64,000 nt of DNA from Macrostomum lignano (taxonomy: Eukaryota): NCBI GenBank assembly GCA_002269645.1, contig NIVC01000344.1, forward strand, positions 1 through 64,000, given 5' to 3'. The stretch's first letter is position 1. Every line of letters starts with the position of its first letter. Positions 59,015 to 64,000 of this stretch are shown here, piece by piece. Under the pieces are notes generated by a model, which was given only the letters and a program-made list of their open reading frames with translations, was not told the DNA's origin and made no database searches. The position numbers and the translations under genes were made by a program.

Positions 59015-60115
59015 GGGAGGCAGGGGACAGGGTAGGGGAGGAGTAGGCAAGGGATAGGGAGGCAGGGTACAGGGTAGGGGAGGAGTAGGCAAGGGATAGG
59101 GAGGCAGGGGACAGGGTAGGGGAGGAGTAGGCAAGGGATAGGGAGGCAGGGGACAGGGTAGGGGAGGAGTAGGCAAGGGAAAGGGAGGCAGGGCACAGGG
59201 TAGGGGAGGAGCAGGCAAGGGATAGGGAGGCAGGGGACAGGGTAGGGGAGGAGTAGGCAAGGGAAAGGGAGGCAGGGCACAGGGTAGGGGAGGAGCAGGC
59301 AAGGGATAGGGAGGCAGGGGACAGGGTAGGGGAGGAGTAGGCAAGGGATAGGGAGGCAGGGGACAGGGTAGGGGAGGAGTAGGCAAGGGATAGGGAGGCA
59401 GGGGACAGGGTAGGGGAGGAGTAGGCAAGGGATAGGGAGGCAGGGGACAGGGTAGGGGAGGAGTAGGCAAGGGAAAGGGAGGCAGGGCACAGGGTAGGGG
59501 AGGAGTAGGCAAGGGATAGGGAGGCAGGGGACAGGGTAGGGGAGGAGTAGGCAAGGGAAAGGGAGGCAGGGCACAGGGTAGGGGAGGAGTAGGCAAGGGA
59601 TAGGGAGGCAGGGGACAGGGTAGGGGAGGAGTAGGCAAGGGATAGGGAGGCAGGGGACAGGGTAGGGGAGGAGTAGGCAAGGGATAGGGAGGCAGGGCAC
59701 AGGGTAGGGGAGGAGTAGGCAAGGGAGGGAGGCAGGGGAAGGGTAGGGGAGGAGTAGACAAGGGATAGGGAGGCAGGGGACAGGGTAGGGGAGGAGTAGG
59801 CAAGGGAAAGGGAGGCAGGGCACAGGGTAGGGGAGGAGTAGGCAAGGGATAGGGAGGCAGGGGACAGGGTAGGGGAGGAGTAGGCAAGGGATAGGGAGGC
59901 AGGGGACAGGGTAGGGGAGGAGTAGGCAAGGGATAGGGAGGCAGGGCACAGGGTAGGGGAGGAGTAGGCAAGGGAGGGAGGCAGGGGACAGGGTAGGGGA
60001 GGAGTAGGCAAGGGATAGGGAGGCAGGGGACAGGGTAGGGGAGGAGTAGACAAGGGATAGGGAGGCAGGGCACAGGGTAGGGGAGGAGTAGGCAAGGGAG
60101 GGAGGCAGGGTAGAG
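59015..60115. repeat. 42-bp G-rich minisatellite (GGGGACAGGGTAGGGGAGGAGTAGGCAAGGGATAGGGAGGCA), about 26 copies
   Basis: Visible; 14-aa periodicity in the minus-strand ORFs. Confidence 0.95.
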
Positions 60116-63100
60116 GCAAGAAAGGAGGCAGAGGTAGAAGCTGCTGGAGACACATTTGGGCGGGGCTTCAAAGACAGTTAGATCCGATTATCGTCAGAGA
60201 GTAAAACACAAACCACTGATTGATAAAGGGCAGGACAGATAAAAGATGACTATTTTGGGCTGCCACGAGCGAGGCATTAAGAAAATTGTACGGGACCCTT
60301 AATTTAAAAAAGCCAGTAAAAGTGCGCTCTCTGAGCCTCCGGCATGTAGTGTAGAATGGAGGAAAAAGCAGAGCGCTCGGTTGGCTTGTTGAATTGAGTT
60401 CATTTTTGTGGCCCGTGCTTTCCTACTGATTGAGTCAGCCTGTGCTCAACTGAGACTATATGTACAACGGCTACTCATTAAGATACTAAGCTTCGTTGAG
60501 ATGAACTCACTACAAACTACAAATATTTATTTGGCTGGCTTGAGCACCGAAAAAGTCTCGTACGGTTAGTTGTACAGAAGAAGCGCTTGAGAGAAGGAAA
60601 GATAAATTATAAAAAGGTCGGAGTGGTTTCTAGGAATCAGTTTTCTAGTGAGTTTTTTGCATTCCGCGGCTCCATATTTATTTTGTGCCGGATTCCAGCA
60701 GAAAAAATGTGTACTGCGAACTGCACTAGCGCAATACCACTGCTGACATGTACTCTCAAAGACTGAGGAGAGAGTGAAACCAGTCAGTGTACGAGCTATG
60801 ATCGTAAGAAGAGAATGAAGTTCTCCTCTTTTAACTTATACGACTTTTTCATATTTTAAGCGCTGCTTTTTGACAGTTGGCCCCAAGATCCCTCTTCCCC
60901 TTTTTGCTGTGGGGTTTATGAAACGATCGGATTTGAGATCCGTGCTCAGCATGTGAGAAAGCAATCTCTCGCGAGTCTTTCTGGCCAACTTGTCCTACGG
61001 CGACTTCCGCTTCCTGCTCTCTCAGTAGCGACAGAGACTGATCTTTAAGGCGAACTTGCAGATTCGCTTTTTCGCCAAAGAGTGCACGCTGATCCCCACG
61101 GCCTGCGCACAGTGGAGGTCGTCATTATCGATGAAGCTTCTATTTAACCTGTAGCAACCTGTTGCTCTGGGAGGGTAAACTACAGAAACGTCTACCGGCT
61201 CTATCTAGCTACGGATCTGGACTATCACAACAAAGGATCCTGATTATTTTCATAGCTGTCCGTCAGCTGCATGAAACTGTCCATCAAAGTGCTGCTTCTG
61301 TGCTGACTAATACCATATAGCCCCAGGTGGCACGACGCCTTCTTTGTAATCTCCAAGCTCAAAGCTTCTATATAAATAGCCTAAGCCTCAATGGGAGCTT
61401 GTACAGAATTGATTTCTTTCTGGGTATATTTTTGGCCTCATCTTGATCCTTTGGGGCAGATCCGGGTCAGGCGGATTGCATAAGAAAGTATCATATGAAT
61501 CTATATCTATAGCTATCATCCGCACGTGTTGGAACTCTCTCAGTGTGATAACTCCGGTATGTTCTTCGCAATGACTTCATCAGCATTGGGACACAGAATA
61601 TTAAGTTAGTAGGGACTAAGCATTTAGCCTCTGATATACAGTTAATACTTGGTCCCAGCAACAGTCACATTATTTGAAGGTTGCCCTGACCCGTTCTGAT
61701 CGCGTTTTTCCAGAATCCATCAGCAATTTTTAAATAGCTCTAAAATATTGTTTAAAAAATCATTCAAATGGAGCTGCCTATTGTCTGTTCTACATCGCTT
61801 GATGAGTTCAAGAGTGAGAAGCGCTTTAACCTCTACAATACAATTTGCTTTTTGGACAGAGATGGAAATTAAATTGCATTTTATTTTTATAGAAACTCTT
61901 CGCAAAAAAGGTCTATGTCGAACGAATGCGCGCTCCAACTCAGCAGCTGCATGAAGCTGTATTGTGTAGACCGTGTTTGTTCGGAATTCGCGCGCACAGC
62001 GCATTCTGCCAAGTAGCCAAGCAGCCATGCAGTCCTGTCTGCCTGAGCAAACAGGCCGAGAGGGGAAGTGAAGCTGATCGAGACAGCAGGATGAGTAAAG
62101 TATCCAGGATAAGATATGGAAACTGAGAGCGCATTCCCGCTTCACTTTTCCAACCAGTGATGTACCTTAGACAATGTGCTGGTAAACACAGAAGCTGCTA
62201 AAGGCACTATTAAAAAACCAGAAATAAGCTGCATGACATCCGGAAATTATTATACAAATACTTGAATGTACAATCCAAAAATTTCGCCCACCAGAGGCGT
62301 TGCTTCAAGCGTCGCTTGCAAGTTGTTATTCTACGAGCTAGTAGTAAAGCTAACAACGAACTGCAATTACTCGTAAGACTCTCGGCCGACGCGGTGCTAA
62401 GCAAGCAATAGCTTATCTGCATTGGTAGGAGATGCAGTTATTTGCCGGCTTTCAGATCGGAACACTTGTTATTTGACTTAGCCGCTTGGCTGGTCTGGCC
62501 ACGCATGGAAGCCCAGCCCAGTGTTTGTGCTGCCGCTACTGCTGCTGGCTCTGCTGGGCCTCCCTCCCGGTGTCTTAGAGACCGACAACTGCGGCCCAGT
62601 CAACGCGTCGTGTAGGACTTGGATTAAGAATTAACGGCTTCGGCCGGCAGGGGATAGCGTAGCAGCAAGGAATTGGAAAGGAATGGCGAGTCACGACTTA
62701 AATTTGCTTTAGCTCAGCCGTGCGCAAATAGACTTGCTTTCCTTCAGGGAAGCAATGCGCTTCCCCGCCTGGCGAGCAAGCAGTTTTACAACTGGTTTTT
62801 TTCACTCCGCGGCAATCCTCAGTCAGACGTGGGGAAAAATGGAATTGAACGCGCGAAAAATTCTTATCTTGCGGCTGATACGAAGGGCATTAAAGAGATG
62901 CCTATAGATTAGACAAAATATGGTAAAAATAGAACTGCCTATATTTACTGGCCTCGTGAATGTTGTTCTTTGCAAAAATTCACGAAAATTTCTTCAGTAA
63001 AACTGAATGTCACTGTTGGTTCCTGAAAATTAGTTGGCTTCTTCTTATTAATTCAAAGCAATCCAAATTTTGCAGATATCTGATAAGTCGCGTTTGTCGT

Positions 63101-64000
63101 CTCTACTCCTTCCTGACATGCGCAACAGAGGCCGAAAACATCCGCCCGAGAGACAAACGCGCGCAATGAGGATCTTATAAATATCAAATTCATCCCCTGG
63201 CTCTTGTTTTCCTTATTGGTCTCTCTCCACACACTCGCGTGGAATTTAAAAACAACCAAAAGCAGCCTTGACAGATGCTAGGAGAGAATGATGAAGAATA
63301 GGAGCTGCACAGGAGGAATGGGAGGCGACTGACTAAAGCTTTGCGCCGAACATTTTCCAACTTCCTGATTCCTCGCTGCTTCCGCAAATGATCTCCTCCT
63401 CCTGACTGTCTTCCTCGCTCTTGGCTTGGCTTGGATTTCAGCCGGGCTCTAATAGATGCAGGCACGTCAGCCTCTTGATGGAGGGAATTATATTCCGACG
63501 CCAGTTGGCACCGTGCGCGCGGCTATTGAAAACAGATTCGTCTCGCCGTTACAAAGGGAGTAGCGTCACCGACTGCGACAAATTTATTTCCTCACTCTTT
63601 CTTTGCATCGGGAGATTCAATCAATAACGGAGGAGAAAAACAGAAATCCAGAAATTAGAGATGCCAATCGGATCGCAAATCTCACAGCTCGACGGGGATT
63701 TTGAAACGCAATAGGATATCGCAATGCCACCTTGCTCGAGCCGGGAAAATCCTCAAATTCACGCCCTTAACCTGTGAGCTAGAGAAGCACCAGATGACTT
63801 GCCGCTAACTTGCTAGTTGCTACATAAGCCTGTGCGGGTGGATTGACGGTTGACTTACGCACGCCTTCTGAAGTAGCATTATCTGATGATGCTGCAGGAG
63901 CCTACCGCCAACATGCCTATTGGAGAAAAGGCACCATCTCACAAGCTAAATACAAAGCGCAAGTTTTAATTGAATTTCCTTTCGTGTCGTTTGGTCTCAT

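Noticed and set aside
60970-61030. VFLANLSYGDFRFLL resembling an innexin or GPCR TM2 motif
   Set aside because: It is 18 codons followed by a stop, with no supporting exons.
61200-62150. Possible decayed transposase on the minus strand
   Set aside because: No family-diagnostic motif, TIR or TSD could be recognised.
62482-62633. Signal-peptide-like stretch VFVLPLLLLALLGLPPGVLETDNCGPVNASC
   Set aside because: There is no in-frame ATG, a stop follows shortly, and no downstream exons were found. It could be an exon of an unseen gene but cannot be supported.

Overview
Eukaryotic, intron- and minisatellite-rich animal DNA. The style resembles an invertebrate/flatworm-type genome, but that is an inference and the species cannot be fixed from this window. 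Main content: (1) A 14-exon ADAM metalloprotease gene (+, 5275-26838) with an intact HExxHxxGxxH site, one apparent frameshift in exon 3, and a ~10-kb near-perfect 33-bp satellite in intron 10. It ends in a short hydrophobic GPI-signal-like exon, not the usual TM plus cytoplasmic tail. (2) Four intact paralogous mini-genes (A and B on -, C and D on +) plus a relic, none visible as single ORFs. They encode 98-119 aa proteins: signal peptide, predicted mature N-terminal Cys (CSSSKK), Pro-rich spacer, and the same terminal exon and 3' flank as the ADAM gene. (3) Dead copies of ADAM exons 3 and 4 downstream of C and D. (4) The last two exons of an alpha1-adrenergic-like aminergic GPCR (-). (5) Many transposon relics: hAT MITEs, CORE-like tRNA SINEs, Gypsy fragments and solo LTRs, a THAP/P-element with a nested LINE, a Crypton relic, Tc1 fragments and Helitron-like ends. 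The best candidate for an undescribed system is the ADAM plus mini-gene cluster sharing a phase-1 membrane-anchor exon, with the mini-proteins possibly lipidated at both ends. All gene models were read by eye from splice signals and reading frames, with no database searches. No CRISPR array, rRNA or true tRNA gene was found.
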